A DNA stretch of 64,000 nt from Balneolales bacterium (GTDB taxonomy: Bacteria; Bacteroidota; Rhodothermia; Balneolales; DATFMH01), in assembly GCA_035267045.1 (NCBI GenBank), contig DATFMH010000226.1, positions 11,427 through 75,426 of the forward strand, given 5' to 3'. Positions 47,123-57,764 of the stretch are shown here, piece by piece. Position numbers and translations under genes: made by a program. A model generated the notes under the pieces. It was not told the origin of the DNA and made no database searches. It was given only the letters and a program-made list of their open reading frames with translations. How positions within the stretch are numbered: the first letter of the stretch is position 1; each line of letters begins with the position of its first letter.

Positions 47123-47731
47123 ATGCTGATATCATTTGAAGGGATCGATGGTTGCGGAAAGACCACACAGTTACATTTATTGAAAGAACGGTTGCTTGAT
47201 GAAGGGTATGAGGTAAGTGATTTCCGTGAACCCGGTGGTACGGAAGTATCCGAATTTATTCGATCCATATTGTTGAATCCGGAGATCGAGATGCATCCGG
47301 TGACCGAGTTATTGCTTTTCTCGGCCGCGCGTTCCGAATTAATTGCGCAGAAAGTAATGCCGGAACTGAAAAAAGGACATATTGTTTTACTCGATCGGTT
47401 TTATGATTCGACGGTTGCTTATCAGGGGTATGGACGAAAATCTCTTGGAATCGAAGAAATTAATAAGTTGAATTCCATAGCTTCACATCGTGTAAAACCG
47501 GATTTAACTTTTTATATAAGAATTAGCCTTCAGGAAGCCCGGAAGAGAACGAGTCATCAGAGCAAAGATCGTATGGAACAATCGAGTGAGACCTTTTTCA
47601 CATCTGTTATAGAAGGTTTTGAAACCCTGGTCGGAAATGAAGACCGATTTATTGCTTTGAACGCAACCCACACAAAGGATCAGCTTCATGACATGATTTG
47701 GGATCATGTATCGAATTATCTGGAAGGATGA
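47123..47731 (+). CDS. tmk: thymidylate kinase
   Basis: P-loop FEGIDGCGKTT, followed by REPGGT and DRFYDSTVAYQG. Confidence 0.95.
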   Translation: MLISFEGIDGCGKTTQLHLLKERLLDEGYEVSDFREPGGTEVSEFIRSILLNPEIEMHPVTELLLFSAARSELIAQKVMPELKKGHIVLLDRFYDSTVAYQGYGRKSLGIEEINKLNSIASHRVKPDLTFYIRISLQEARKRTSHQSKDRMEQSSETFFTSVIEGFETLVGNEDRFIALNATHTKDQLHDMIWDHVSNYLEG

Positions 47732-48203
47732 CTGGTATATCAGTATGTGTGTTATAGGATTAGGGCGTATGAGTGTTTGCGTAATTAGTAAAAAGCGTAA
47801 CAAGAGCTGAAATAACCTCTGCATTGAAAAATCGAATAAGGGCTTAGTTTCCTAATTACAATATTCCATGTGATGTGTTATATAAATAATAATATCAATA
47901 ACTTAATGCACTGAATAATATTTTTCTCTTTGTCCAATGCTCCCTGCACATCACTAATATTGTCGGGTAATCAGATAGAAAGGCCGGGTACTTTAAATTG
48001 ATTCTAAATTTCAAAATATATTGAATGTATAGAGAAGAAGAAATTAAAAAAAGCTAATAGTTTAATTGAAGTTGGCAGTATTATTCCTTAAATTTAGTTT
48101 ATTGTGGATAAAGTATTCCACAGAATTAAGATGTCGGAAAAAGTGACCTTTTTCGACAGAGAAACCGAACCTTTCAATTTCACGAAGTAGATCAAAAGCG
48201 ATT

Positions 48204-48674
48204 ATGGCGCACGAAAGAATCGAAGTTAACTTGCCTCTAGCCAAAGTATATGAACTATTAAGTTCCCCTTCTAACTTTCCAATGTTTATGGAAAGAATTT
48301 CTGAAGTAAATAAACTTAGTTCTCAATCTTTCGAATATGTCACCGAAATTGGTGGTGACGATTATCAATGGATCACCAATGTCATTGATGACTTGAGAAA
48401 CACTCGATTTGCGTGGATTACTATAAATGGAAATCTTAACCAAACAGGTACCATTCGGTTTACTCCGCTGGAAAATGGTACCCGCACTCGTGTTGATTTC
48501 AGTTTAGACTATCGTACATTTTTTGGTGATCCTAGTGAAGATCTGGCTAAATTCATCGATGAATTGCCAGCTCAAATCAAAAAAGATTTGGAGAAATTCA
48601 AAGAATTAGCTGAGGCTGATGGATTTCACGAATCTGAAGAGAAAGAATCTGAGAAAAATGAAGTAACGGTTTAA
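48204..48674 (+). CDS. SRPBCC (cyclase/dehydrase-like) family protein with acidic tail
   Basis: 156 aa with a START/Bet v1-like pattern (ERIEVNLPLAKVYELLSSPSNFPMFM...). Family-level call only. Confidence 0.6.
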   Translation: MAHERIEVNLPLAKVYELLSSPSNFPMFMERISEVNKLSSQSFEYVTEIGGDDYQWITNVIDDLRNTRFAWITINGNLNQTGTIRFTPLENGTRTRVDFSLDYRTFFGDPSEDLAKFIDELPAQIKKDLEKFKELAEADGFHESEEKESEKNEVTV

Positions 48675-48698
48675 CAGCCTTACATATACTTTTTTGAG

Positions 48699-48723
48699 AA
48701 GGGGCGTTCAGCCCCTTTTTTTA
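48699..48723 (+). terminator. intrinsic terminator after SRPBCC gene
   Basis: AAGGGGC (48699-48705) pairs with GCCCCTT (48711-48717), loop GTTCA, followed by a T-run. Confidence 0.85.
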
Positions 48724-48806
48724 TGATCATATTCTTTTATCTTGATCGGAAATTATTTTGTTGATGATATACACAATATCATTATACCAGATTAAGGATT
48801 GGGAAG

Positions 48807-49673
48807 TTGGATTTAGACCGGTTTTTAGAATCAGATCTCGTTAAGAAACCTTTTTGTGTCCTGTTCGGACACCCTGTGGCTCATAGTATGTCTCCGCTAA
48901 TGCATAATACGGCTGCAAAACAGCTGGGCATACGTCTTACCTATACTGCGATCGATTTACCAATATTAGATTCCGTTAAAATAACACGGTTATTAAATGA
49001 AGAACATTTTCTGGGAGCTAATATTACAATTCCACATAAAGCTGCAATTATCAAATTTGTGGATAATCTTGAAGCTGTAGCAGAAGATATAGGTGCCGTT
49101 AATACCATTTATCGAAATGATTACCGGATAATTGGCTCTAACACGGATGTATATGGATTTTCGGTACCATTGGATGAGTATATCGATAGCATTGACGGAC
49201 GAGATGCCATCGTTTTTGGGACAGGTGGTGCGAGCCGGGCGGTGGTATATGCATTGGGAACGATGGGAATTCAACATATTTATATGGTCTCCCGTTCACC
49301 ACATCTTAAAAAAACGAATATATTTACATCCGATGCCGATGTGCATATCCTCTCATATGATGCATGGCCCCATTTTATCGATGAAGCAGGTATCATAGTA
49401 AATACGACCCCACTGGGAATGGAACCGAATATCGAAAAATCTCCCGTCAGGGATCAGCAGGTACAATATCTGTCAGATAAAATTTGTTATGACATTGTTC
49501 CCAAACCAATGAATACACGTTTTATTCAACAGGCACAGGAAGCTGGTTGCATTGCCATAAATGGTCTGGATATGCTTATTCATCAGGGTAGTAAATCGTT
49601 TGAGATATGGACCGGAAAAGAATTTCCGATTGAAATGATTCGTAATTTGCTAATAAATCAATTTCATGAATAA
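48807..49673 (+). CDS. aroE: shikimate dehydrogenase
   Basis: GHPVAHSMSPLMHN, GANITIPHK, GAVNT and NTDVYGF motifs. Starts with TTG. Confidence 0.93.
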   Translation: MDLDRFLESDLVKKPFCVLFGHPVAHSMSPLMHNTAAKQLGIRLTYTAIDLPILDSVKITRLLNEEHFLGANITIPHKAAIIKFVDNLEAVAEDIGAVNTIYRNDYRIIGSNTDVYGFSVPLDEYIDSIDGRDAIVFGTGGASRAVVYALGTMGIQHIYMVSRSPHLKKTNIFTSDADVHILSYDAWPHFIDEAGIIVNTTPLGMEPNIEKSPVRDQQVQYLSDKICYDIVPKPMNTRFIQQAQEAGCIAINGLDMLIHQGSKSFEIWTGKEFPIEMIRNLLINQFHE

Positions 49674-50415
49674 TATTGAATATATAGTACCGGGTCTTTG
49701 GAGAGATGAGAGAGAATTATTGGCATTATTTACACTTAAAAATGCGTCCTTATTCAATGACAACAGACAGATTCAAGGATTAAACTTTGGCCTCAACACG
49801 AATCAGGATAAAGCTATCGTCAAAGATAATCGCGAATTATTATATGATATTATTGGTATTGATGAGCATAAAATAGCAATGGTTCATCAGGTACATGGCA
49901 ACAGGGTTGTCTATGCGAAAAAATCTCAATCTAAGCAAAAAGCTGATGCCCTGGTAACCGACAGATCAGACTTAGCACTGGCCATTAAAGTTGCTGATTG
50001 TGCGGCGGTTTTACTGGCTGACAGGGAAAACCGGATCATTGGTGCCGCACATGCCGGATGGCGTGGTGCTGTATCCGGTGTCATTGCCAATACTGTGGGT
50101 AATATGTTGAAACTGGGTGCTGATGTCGATCAGATTGAAGCCTATGTGAGTCCCTGTATCTGCCAGCAAAAATTTGAAGTAGGTGAAGAAGTGGCGGAGC
50201 AATTTGACAATGAATTTGTTGACCGAAAAAATTATACCAAACCACATGTCAATTTAAAAGGTTATATAAAAAAGCAGTTGACCGGTGAAGGTATAAAAGA
50301 TGAAAATATTGATGTTGATAGTGGCTGTACTATTACGGATGAAGATAAATTCTATTCGTATAGAAGAGAAAAGGATAACAGCGGACGTATGCTGGCACTA
50401 ATTATGTTACGATAA
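49666..50415 (+). CDS. pgeF: peptidoglycan editing factor PgeF / YfiH (polyphenol-oxidase-like) family
   Basis: QVHGNRVV, ADALVT, VADCAAVLL and AAHAGWRG motifs. Confidence 0.9.
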   Translation: MNNIEYIVPGLWRDERELLALFTLKNASLFNDNRQIQGLNFGLNTNQDKAIVKDNRELLYDIIGIDEHKIAMVHQVHGNRVVYAKKSQSKQKADALVTDRSDLALAIKVADCAAVLLADRENRIIGAAHAGWRGAVSGVIANTVGNMLKLGADVDQIEAYVSPCICQQKFEVGEEVAEQFDNEFVDRKNYTKPHVNLKGYIKKQLTGEGIKDENIDVDSGCTITDEDKFYSYRREKDNSGRMLALIMLR

Positions 50416-50429
50416 AATTACTGATATAA

Positions 50430-51326
50430 ATGCGTGTAAGTTATTCAGATGGATATTATGCACCGATTCCGAATGAGCATATATTTCCAATGCATAAATT
50501 CGACGGGTTATACCAATATGTGATTGACAAGGGTATCATCGATCAGTCTTGCATTGTAGAACCGTCAATGGTAGATATTGCTTATTTGATGATGGTACAT
50601 ACTCAACGGTATATAAATGGCATATTGAAGGGGAACCTGGAGTATAACGAAGCAAGACGTCTTGGTTTACCGTGGTCTCTGGGGTTGGCTCGCCGCTCAC
50701 GTTTAGCTGTGCAAGGTACTATTAATGCTGCATTGATGGCATTACAGGATGGTATATCGGGTAACCTGGCCGGCGGGACACATCATTCTTTTCCCGACCG
50801 GGGAGAAGGATTTTGTGTGTTCAATGACGTGGCCGTAGCAATCAGGGTTTTGAAGAAATCTATGTGGATAAATAAAGCCATGGTCATCGATTGTGATGTG
50901 CATCAGGGTAATGGAACAGCATCTTTTTTTGAAAATAATTCGGATGTCTACACTTTCTCGGTACATGGTGAAAAGAATTATCCTTTTAAGAAACCGCCAT
51001 CCAGTTATGATTTGGGACTTCCGGATAAAACGGAGGATAAATCATATATACAAGCTTTAGGTGATTCTCTCGATCATATTTTTAATGAATTTCAACCGGA
51101 TATTGTATTTTATCTGGGGGGAATTGATATTTTGAAGAGTGATCATTTTGGGAGATTAAACGTATCAATAGATGGCTTAATAAACAGAGACAGGATGGTT
51201 ATTGAGCGGGTTCATAAGAAAAATATACCACTCGTATTATTACTTTCCGGTGGGTATGCGCCTACCTTGAAGGAAACAGTGGAAGCGCATAGTCATATGT
51301 TCAAAATAGCTGCTGAATTTGTGTAA
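50430..51326 (+). CDS. histone deacetylase family protein (Zn-dependent deacetylase)
   Basis: GGTHHSFPDRGEGFCVFNDVAVA, DCDVHQGNGT and GGYA motifs. Confidence 0.9.
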   Translation: MRVSYSDGYYAPIPNEHIFPMHKFDGLYQYVIDKGIIDQSCIVEPSMVDIAYLMMVHTQRYINGILKGNLEYNEARRLGLPWSLGLARRSRLAVQGTINAALMALQDGISGNLAGGTHHSFPDRGEGFCVFNDVAVAIRVLKKSMWINKAMVIDCDVHQGNGTASFFENNSDVYTFSVHGEKNYPFKKPPSSYDLGLPDKTEDKSYIQALGDSLDHIFNEFQPDIVFYLGGIDILKSDHFGRLNVSIDGLINRDRMVIERVHKKNIPLVLLLSGGYAPTLKETVEAHSHMFKIAAEFV

Positions 51327-51478
51327 AAGCTGACTATTATTTTAGCTTAAATGTAAAAATATAAGATACATATACGACGTTATTCTAAAGTAATACGTAA
51401 AGATGAGTTAAATATCGTATCTTTCATCAACAGATTTTTTTAAACCTATAGTTCGACTAGATAAAAACTAAAGATTCA

Positions 51479-52630
51479 TTGATACAGCATAATATTGTTT
51501 TATTGGGATCAACCGGATCCATTGGTAAACAAGCGCTTGAATTGATTCGTGAAAATAAGGAGAAATTTAAGGTCTACGCTTTAACAGCTAATGCCAGCTG
51601 GAAGACACTGGCACAACAGATTAATGAATTTAAGCCTGAATATGCAGTTATTGCTGATGATACCCATTACGCAAATCTATGTGGGGCTGTCAGTCACCAT
51701 GAAACTGAAATATTGAGTGGACAGGATTATCTCGAAGAGTTAGTTACCCATGATGAGGTGACGCTGGTATTAAACAGCCTGGTTGGCTTTTCCGGGTTCA
51801 TGCCTACTTTTACGGCACTGGAACATAATAAAAGGGTGGCATTGGCCAATAAGGAATCGCTGGTTGTTGGTGGTCAGTTAATCAATGAACGTATCAGGAA
51901 TAAAAAGGATTTACTGATTCCGGTTGATTCGGAGCATAGTGCTATTTTTCAATGCCTGTCGGGTGAATCGAAAAATCAGGTAGAGAAGTTAATAATTACA
52001 GCAAGCGGTGGACCATTCCGGACCTGGTCGTATGAACAAATGAAGCAAATAACCGTTGAACAGGCTCTTAAACATCCCAACTGGAACATGGGAGCCAAAA
52101 TAACGATTGATTCTTCAACAATGATGAATAAAGGTCTCGAGGTAATTGAAGCATATTGGCTTTTTGGTGTTCCTTTGTCACGGATTGAAACAGTTGTTCA
52201 TCCTCAGAGTATAATACACTCGATGGTACAATTCATTGATGGTTCCACAAAAGCACAAATGGGTCCACCGGATATGAAAGTGCCTATTCTGTATGCGATG
52301 TCGTATCCGGAAAGAATAGAGGCGGCAACACCGAGAATGGATTGGTCGGTTGAACAAGAAATTACATTTGAACCCGTTGACTACAAGCGTTTTCCATGCC
52401 TCAGAATCGCTCGTGAAGCATTAAAAATGGGTGGATGTGCACCGGCTGTCTTAAATGCTTCTAATGAAATAGCTGTTCAAAGATTTTTAAACAGAGAAAT
52501 TACATATATTCAAATACCTAATGTTATAGAATCTTCTCTGTCTAAATTGGCTAATGGACAAAAAATAGACACAAATTCGCTACTTGAAATTGATGCGGAA
52601 ACAAGAGAATTTGCCAGTTCAATTAATTAA
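51479..52630 (+). CDS. dxr: 1-deoxy-D-xylulose-5-phosphate reductoisomerase
   Basis: LGSTGSIG, LANKESLV, PVDSEHSAIFQCL and HPNW.MG.KITIDS motifs. Starts with TTG. Confidence 0.97.
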   Translation: MIQHNIVLLGSTGSIGKQALELIRENKEKFKVYALTANASWKTLAQQINEFKPEYAVIADDTHYANLCGAVSHHETEILSGQDYLEELVTHDEVTLVLNSLVGFSGFMPTFTALEHNKRVALANKESLVVGGQLINERIRNKKDLLIPVDSEHSAIFQCLSGESKNQVEKLIITASGGPFRTWSYEQMKQITVEQALKHPNWNMGAKITIDSSTMMNKGLEVIEAYWLFGVPLSRIETVVHPQSIIHSMVQFIDGSTKAQMGPPDMKVPILYAMSYPERIEAATPRMDWSVEQEITFEPVDYKRFPCLRIAREALKMGGCAPAVLNASNEIAVQRFLNREITYIQIPNVIESSLSKLANGQKIDTNSLLEIDAETREFASSIN

Positions 52631-52640
52631 AGCAAGATAA

Positions 52641-53984
52641 ATGGATTTGATCATAAACATACTTACAACTGCCGGTATTTTCATACTATCGTTATTTATA
52701 CTCGTGTTGGTACACGAGCTTGGACATTTTCTGGCAGCTAAATTTTTTAAAATGAGAGTCGATCGTTTTTCTATCGGCTTTCCACCTCGTTTATTTGGAA
52801 AGAAAATAGGTGAGACCGATTATTGCGTGTCTGCAACTCCTTTAGGTGGTTATGTGAAAATAGCCGGTATGATTGATGAGAGCATGGATACGGATTTTAT
52901 AAATGAGGAACCTAAACCCTGGGAATTTCGTAGTAAACCGGTGTGGCAACGCATTATTGTGATTACGGCCGGCGTGATATTCAATGTTATTCTTGCAGCA
53001 GTTATATACACGGGTGTTACCTATCATTACGGCGAAACTAAAATTCCTTTAAAGAATGTCGGATCCATGTACATTCAACAAAATTCGCCTGCTGCTCAAA
53101 TGGGCTTTAAATCAGGTGATAGAATTGTTGCCGTGAATGGTCAGCACGTTAAATATTTCGATCAGCTTGTCAATCCGGTACGTTTAACAAAAGAGCATCT
53201 CAGCTATACTGTCATAAGAGATGGAAAACAAGTGACATTGAACGCTCCGGCTGATTTTCTGGATAAAATTAACAAGGGTGGATTTATAAGCCCATTAGAT
53301 GCTGTCCCCAGTGAGATTCGTAAAGTCATACCCGGTAGCCCTGCTGATAAAGCCGGTTTAAAAAGCGGTGATAAGATTGTGGCTATCAATGGGAAACCGG
53401 TAAATTACTGGATTCAACTTGTACAGGATCTCAAAGCATCGAAAGGTACTCTGCAGTTGTCGGTATTACGCAACGGTGAGGAAAAAACATTGTCAGTAAC
53501 ACCCGATCCCAAAACGAATACCATCGGTATTTACAGGGTTAATATTGAGAATTATTTTAATGTAGAATTTGTACAACCCAACCTATTTAAATCGATTGAA
53601 GACGGCGTTACCCGTACGGGTGATACTATGGTCGGTATAGTTCAGGGATTCATTAAACTATTTTCCGGTTCTATATCCATACGTCAGAACCTTGGTGGCC
53701 CCGTGGCTATAGCCAATATTACCAAGCAGGCTACCGAAGGGGCCGGTGCAAGGGGCTTTTGGGAAATAACTGCTCTGCTCAGTGTAACACTTGCTATCAT
53801 GAATATCTTGCCAATTCCCGTTTTGGATGGCGGACATTTAATGTTTCTCATTTACGAAGGTGTTACCCGGAGAGAACCATCCGCTAAAGTAAGAATGGTC
53901 TTACAACAAATCGGATTTATCTTTATTATAGGGCTGCTCATATTCGTTACCTTTAATGATATATTGAGGACCATCGGTAATTAA
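52641..53984 (+). CDS. rseP: RIP (site-2) metalloprotease RseP
   Basis: HELGHF zinc motif, two PDZ segments and C-terminal NILPIPVLDGGH. Confidence 0.95.
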   Translation: MDLIINILTTAGIFILSLFILVLVHELGHFLAAKFFKMRVDRFSIGFPPRLFGKKIGETDYCVSATPLGGYVKIAGMIDESMDTDFINEEPKPWEFRSKPVWQRIIVITAGVIFNVILAAVIYTGVTYHYGETKIPLKNVGSMYIQQNSPAAQMGFKSGDRIVAVNGQHVKYFDQLVNPVRLTKEHLSYTVIRDGKQVTLNAPADFLDKINKGGFISPLDAVPSEIRKVIPGSPADKAGLKSGDKIVAINGKPVNYWIQLVQDLKASKGTLQLSVLRNGEEKTLSVTPDPKTNTIGIYRVNIENYFNVEFVQPNLFKSIEDGVTRTGDTMVGIVQGFIKLFSGSISIRQNLGGPVAIANITKQATEGAGARGFWEITALLSVTLAIMNILPIPVLDGGHLMFLIYEGVTRREPSAKVRMVLQQIGFIFIIGLLIFVTFNDILRTIGN

Positions 53985-53992
53985 TAATTATT

Positions 53993-54643
53993 ATGTTTGC
54001 TAAAGACGGTACTTCCGTAATTATTACGGTTATTGTAATCTCAGTTATAATGGGATTGATTGGATATGCTTTGCATAATGCATGGGCTACCAACATTCTT
54101 TATATAGCGGCTATACTATTAACTGCCTTTACATTATATTTTTTTCGTGATCCGGACAGAACAACACCGGAAGGTGATAATCTTTTAATAGCACCGGCGG
54201 ATGGGAAAATCGTATTGATCAAAAAGGTAAATGAGGATAAATATCTAAAATCTGAAGCTACTCAAATAAGTATTTTCCTGTCCCCTTTGGATGTTCATGT
54301 TAATCGTATACCCGTTAGCGGTGTTATAGAATATGAACAGTATTATCCTGGCGCTTATCTTGTTGCATGGCATGAGAAATCGTCTGAACTGAATGAACGA
54401 TCGGAGTTCGGTGTTAAACATTCAAGTGGCACAAAAATTTATTTTAAACAAATTGCTGGATTTGTTGCGCGGCGCATTGTATATCATATAGGTGTTAATG
54501 ATAAAGTAACAGCCGGTAAACGATTTGGCATGATGCGTTTTGGATCCCGAATGGATATTATTGTCCCGTCGAATGTTAAGATCGATGTCAAAAAGGGTCA
54601 ACACACAGTAGGGGGCGAGACCATTATGGGGATAATTGAATAA
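53993..54643 (+). CDS. psd: phosphatidylserine decarboxylase family proenzyme (short type)
   Basis: FFRDPDR, SPLDVHVNR, GFVARRIV and the FGSRMD self-cleavage region. Confidence 0.92.
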   Translation: MFAKDGTSVIITVIVISVIMGLIGYALHNAWATNILYIAAILLTAFTLYFFRDPDRTTPEGDNLLIAPADGKIVLIKKVNEDKYLKSEATQISIFLSPLDVHVNRIPVSGVIEYEQYYPGAYLVAWHEKSSELNERSEFGVKHSSGTKIYFKQIAGFVARRIVYHIGVNDKVTAGKRFGMMRFGSRMDIIVPSNVKIDVKKGQHTVGGETIMGIIE

Positions 54644-54645
54644 TT

Positions 54646-55521
54646 ATGAAGTATAAACTACCCCAACATAAACGACATAAGAAACCCCGGCCCAAAAAGA
54701 TCAGGAAGAGATTCAAAAAGCCAATTCCAAGGGTAGTTGTTCCAAGTTTTTTCACACTCATGAATCTCTTTTGCGGGTTTGTAGCTATAATACAGATTCA
54801 TGAAGGGAAGTTGGAATTCGGTGCCTGGTTAATAATATTTGCCGGCTTATTCGATGCCCTCGATGGTTTTATGGCGCGCCTCGCAAATGCCACCAGTTCT
54901 TTTGGCATTGAACTTGATTCGTTAAGTGATGTGGTATCTTTTGGTGTGGCACCGGGTTTTTTACTCTATTCCTTTAGTTTTAATCAATTATCAACACCAG
55001 GAATTATTATCAGTACATTACCGGCTATTTGCGGCGCTGTTCGCCTGGCACGTTTCAATGTCGAGACCAAAGAAGTCGTTATTGATTACTTTCGGGGATT
55101 ACCAATTCCTGCTCAGGCAAGTATGATTGTTGCTTTTTTCCTGACATTTAATGGAGAATTATACTTTTTTGAGGATTTGAAATATGGGGTAAATGGCATT
55201 TTGATACCTATGGTCGTTTTGCTTTCCCTTTTGATGGTCAGCACGGTACCATTCGATAAAATTCCACGTTTCAGCAGAGGTTATGTTAAAAAACATCGGG
55301 GACGAGTAATATTATTTGTCGGTTATTTTCTGGCGATAATTTTTTTCCAGGAATATGGTCTCATGGCCGTCTTTACTATTTTTATTGGAAAGGGGATCGT
55401 CATGGCCGGTTACCAATTATGGAATGATCTTCAAAATAACGGGGAAGATGACAACGACGAAGATATCCTGATAGTGGATGAGCGATATGATAATGATGCA
55501 TTTCGGGTAGACAGGTTTTAA
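54646..55521 (+). CDS. pssA: CDP-diacylglycerol--serine O-phosphatidyltransferase
   Basis: CDP-alcohol phosphatidyltransferase motif DALDGFMARL..S.FG.ELDSLSD. Lies immediately downstream of psd. Confidence 0.9.
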   Translation: MKYKLPQHKRHKKPRPKKIRKRFKKPIPRVVVPSFFTLMNLFCGFVAIIQIHEGKLEFGAWLIIFAGLFDALDGFMARLANATSSFGIELDSLSDVVSFGVAPGFLLYSFSFNQLSTPGIIISTLPAICGAVRLARFNVETKEVVIDYFRGLPIPAQASMIVAFFLTFNGELYFFEDLKYGVNGILIPMVVLLSLLMVSTVPFDKIPRFSRGYVKKHRGRVILFVGYFLAIIFFQEYGLMAVFTIFIGKGIVMAGYQLWNDLQNNGEDDNDEDILIVDERYDNDAFRVDRF

Positions 55522-55543
55522 AACCCGTTGTAAATTTTGGGGT

Positions 55544-56707
55544 ATGGCAAAAATAGTTCCTATACAAGATGTTCGGACACAATATTTTGACCATTGTTTT
55601 ATTGCTCTGGGTCTTATTGAGAATGATTCAAGAACACTGAATATCATAAGAACCCTTTTAAAAAAGAAGCAAAAGATATGTTTGATCGGCCGGGTGTCTA
55701 ATCTGTCGAATGATATTCTCCCTTCTTATGATGTAACTATAATACCGGTTGTAAAGTACAATGACCGTCGTTTTCTTACCTTATGGATTGATTTTATTAA
55801 GGCTGTTTTCCCTCTCACCCATAAAATAAAAGCGGGTATATATTGGTCACAGGACCTTTATATTTTACCATTGGTCACTTTCATAGCAAAAGTAAACGGG
55901 GGCAGACTCAATTATGATGCCCGTGAAGTTTACACAGCCCTTGGAACGGTGCATGATGAACCTTTTAAGCAAAAGGTCATTTCCGGAATTGAAAGATATC
56001 TGATACATAAAGTGGATATGACCTATACTTCCGGACCTCTTGATTCCGACTATCTCAGAGATTTATATACCATGCCACGGCCGGATGTGGTCATGAATTT
56101 ACCCCCTTATCAAGAGGTTGAAAAAACGAATAAAATAAGATCTTATTTTAAACTGGAAAAGGATAAACAAATCATTTTATACCAGGGATTGCTTGGAAAA
56201 GGCAGGGGGATATTAAAAATCATCCGAACACTACCATATCTGGATAATGTCGTTTTATGCCTTATTGGTCATGGCCGGTATATAGATACAATAATCAAAG
56301 AAGTAAAGCGGCTTGACGTGGAAAATAAAGTTTTGATGATGGGCAGGGTCCCTTATGATGAATTGATGCCATGGACAACCTCTGCAGATCTTGGTTTGGC
56401 ATTCATAGAACCGGTTTCATTGAGTTATCAGTTTGCCCTGCCAAATAAGTTATTTGAATATTGTATGGCGGGCATTCCAAGCCTGGTCAGCGATTTACCG
56501 GCGATGCGCCCCGTACTTCAAGAATATGAGATAGGGAAGCTGGTATCACCTGATGTTCATCCGAAAGAATTAGCTTTACATATCAGGGAACTATTAGATA
56601 AAGATGAAAAGGTTAAATTTTCTAAGAATTGTAAGATAGCATCGAAATATTTTAATTGGGAACATCAGGAAGATACAATTCTCAAATTAGCCGGTTTACA
56701 ATCCTGA
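55544..56707 (+). CDS. glycosyltransferase (GT-B, GT4-like)
   Basis: C-terminal LPNKLFEYCMAGIPSLVSDLPAM block and the overall length. Family-level call only. Confidence 0.75.
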   Translation: MAKIVPIQDVRTQYFDHCFIALGLIENDSRTLNIIRTLLKKKQKICLIGRVSNLSNDILPSYDVTIIPVVKYNDRRFLTLWIDFIKAVFPLTHKIKAGIYWSQDLYILPLVTFIAKVNGGRLNYDAREVYTALGTVHDEPFKQKVISGIERYLIHKVDMTYTSGPLDSDYLRDLYTMPRPDVVMNLPPYQEVEKTNKIRSYFKLEKDKQIILYQGLLGKGRGILKIIRTLPYLDNVVLCLIGHGRYIDTIIKEVKRLDVENKVLMMGRVPYDELMPWTTSADLGLAFIEPVSLSYQFALPNKLFEYCMAGIPSLVSDLPAMRPVLQEYEIGKLVSPDVHPKELALHIRELLDKDEKVKFSKNCKIASKYFNWEHQEDTILKLAGLQS

Positions 56708-56783
56708 TGCATTAAATTCATCTTTAGTATTCTCGATGCAAACCCTATCTTCTTTTATTACAGTAATTAATTAATGATCATGC

Positions 56784-57764
56784 ATGGAGTTAGATAAATG
56801 TAAGGTTGCGGTTATCGGAACCGGTAATATCGGGTATCATCATTGCCGTAATTATAAGAGAATTAATGAGGCCGTTTTAATTGCAGTGGCCGATAAAGAT
56901 ATACGGAAGGCAATGGAGGTTGCCGGGGAATTCAAATGCGATTATTACGACAGTTATGAAGAGTTGTTGAATAAAGAACAACCGATAGCCGTTTCCGTTT
57001 GCGTGCCAACAAGATCGCATTATGAAATTGTAAAAGAATGCCTGCTGCGTGGCATTCACGTGTTGGTTGAGAAACCAATTTCTATCATACCGGACGAAAT
57101 ATCAGAATTGATAACGCTGGCAAAGAAAAAGGGCGTTCGTTTAACGGTTGGCCATGTTGAACGTTTTAATCCGGCTCTGCAGAAATTAAAGTCGATTATT
57201 GATGAAGGAAATCTCGGTGAAATAACAAATATCATGTCGAGACGACTTGGTGGTTACCCGTCAAAATTAACCGATGTGGGAGTTTATTATGACCTGGCTG
57301 TCCATGATCTCGATATCTTTTATTATTTGACGCAACAATTGCCCGAACAGTTAAAGGTTCATAAGCTGAATGTTTTCTCCAAAGATATAGACGATTCAAC
57401 AACGATTTTTATCGAGTATCCCCACTGTAGCGGGGTAATACAAGTGAATTGGATTACACCGGTTAAAATAAGGCAACTTGCTGTTACAGGTACACGGGGA
57501 TACGCGGAAGTGAATTATATCAATCAAAGTTTATCGCTATACGAGACGAATGTGAATCCGGATGATTTCGTAGAAAAGGATTTCCGCGAATTTTTAAGGA
57601 AGTATGGAAACCTGGCCAAAAAAGAAGTGGATATTGTTAAAGAGGAACCGCTGTATCTCGAATTATGTAATTTTATAGGTGCTATTCAGGAGAAAGAACA
57701 ATTGGTAGTCAAGACTTCAGAGATATATAAAACCATGAAAATTATGAGCCAATATGATCATTAA
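56784..57764 (+). CDS. Gfo/Idh/MocA family NAD-dependent sugar oxidoreductase
   Basis: N-terminal Rossmann motif KVAVIGTGNIG and the VLVEKPIS (EKP) motif. Confidence 0.9.
   Translation: MELDKCKVAVIGTGNIGYHHCRNYKRINEAVLIAVADKDIRKAMEVAGEFKCDYYDSYEELLNKEQPIAVSVCVPTRSHYEIVKECLLRGIHVLVEKPISIIPDEISELITLAKKKGVRLTVGHVERFNPALQKLKSIIDEGNLGEITNIMSRRLGGYPSKLTDVGVYYDLAVHDLDIFYYLTQQLPEQLKVHKLNVFSKDIDDSTTIFIEYPHCSGVIQVNWITPVKIRQLAVTGTRGYAEVNYINQSLSLYETNVNPDDFVEKDFREFLRKYGNLAKKEVDIVKEEPLYLELCNFIGAIQEKEQLVVKTSEIYKTMKIMSQYDH

Noticed and set aside
48062-48244. 60-aa minus-strand ORF in the tmk-SRPBCC spacer
   Set aside because: It overlaps the start of the SRPBCC gene, is minimal in length and Lys/Asn/Ile-rich as expected from AT-rich DNA, and has no motif.
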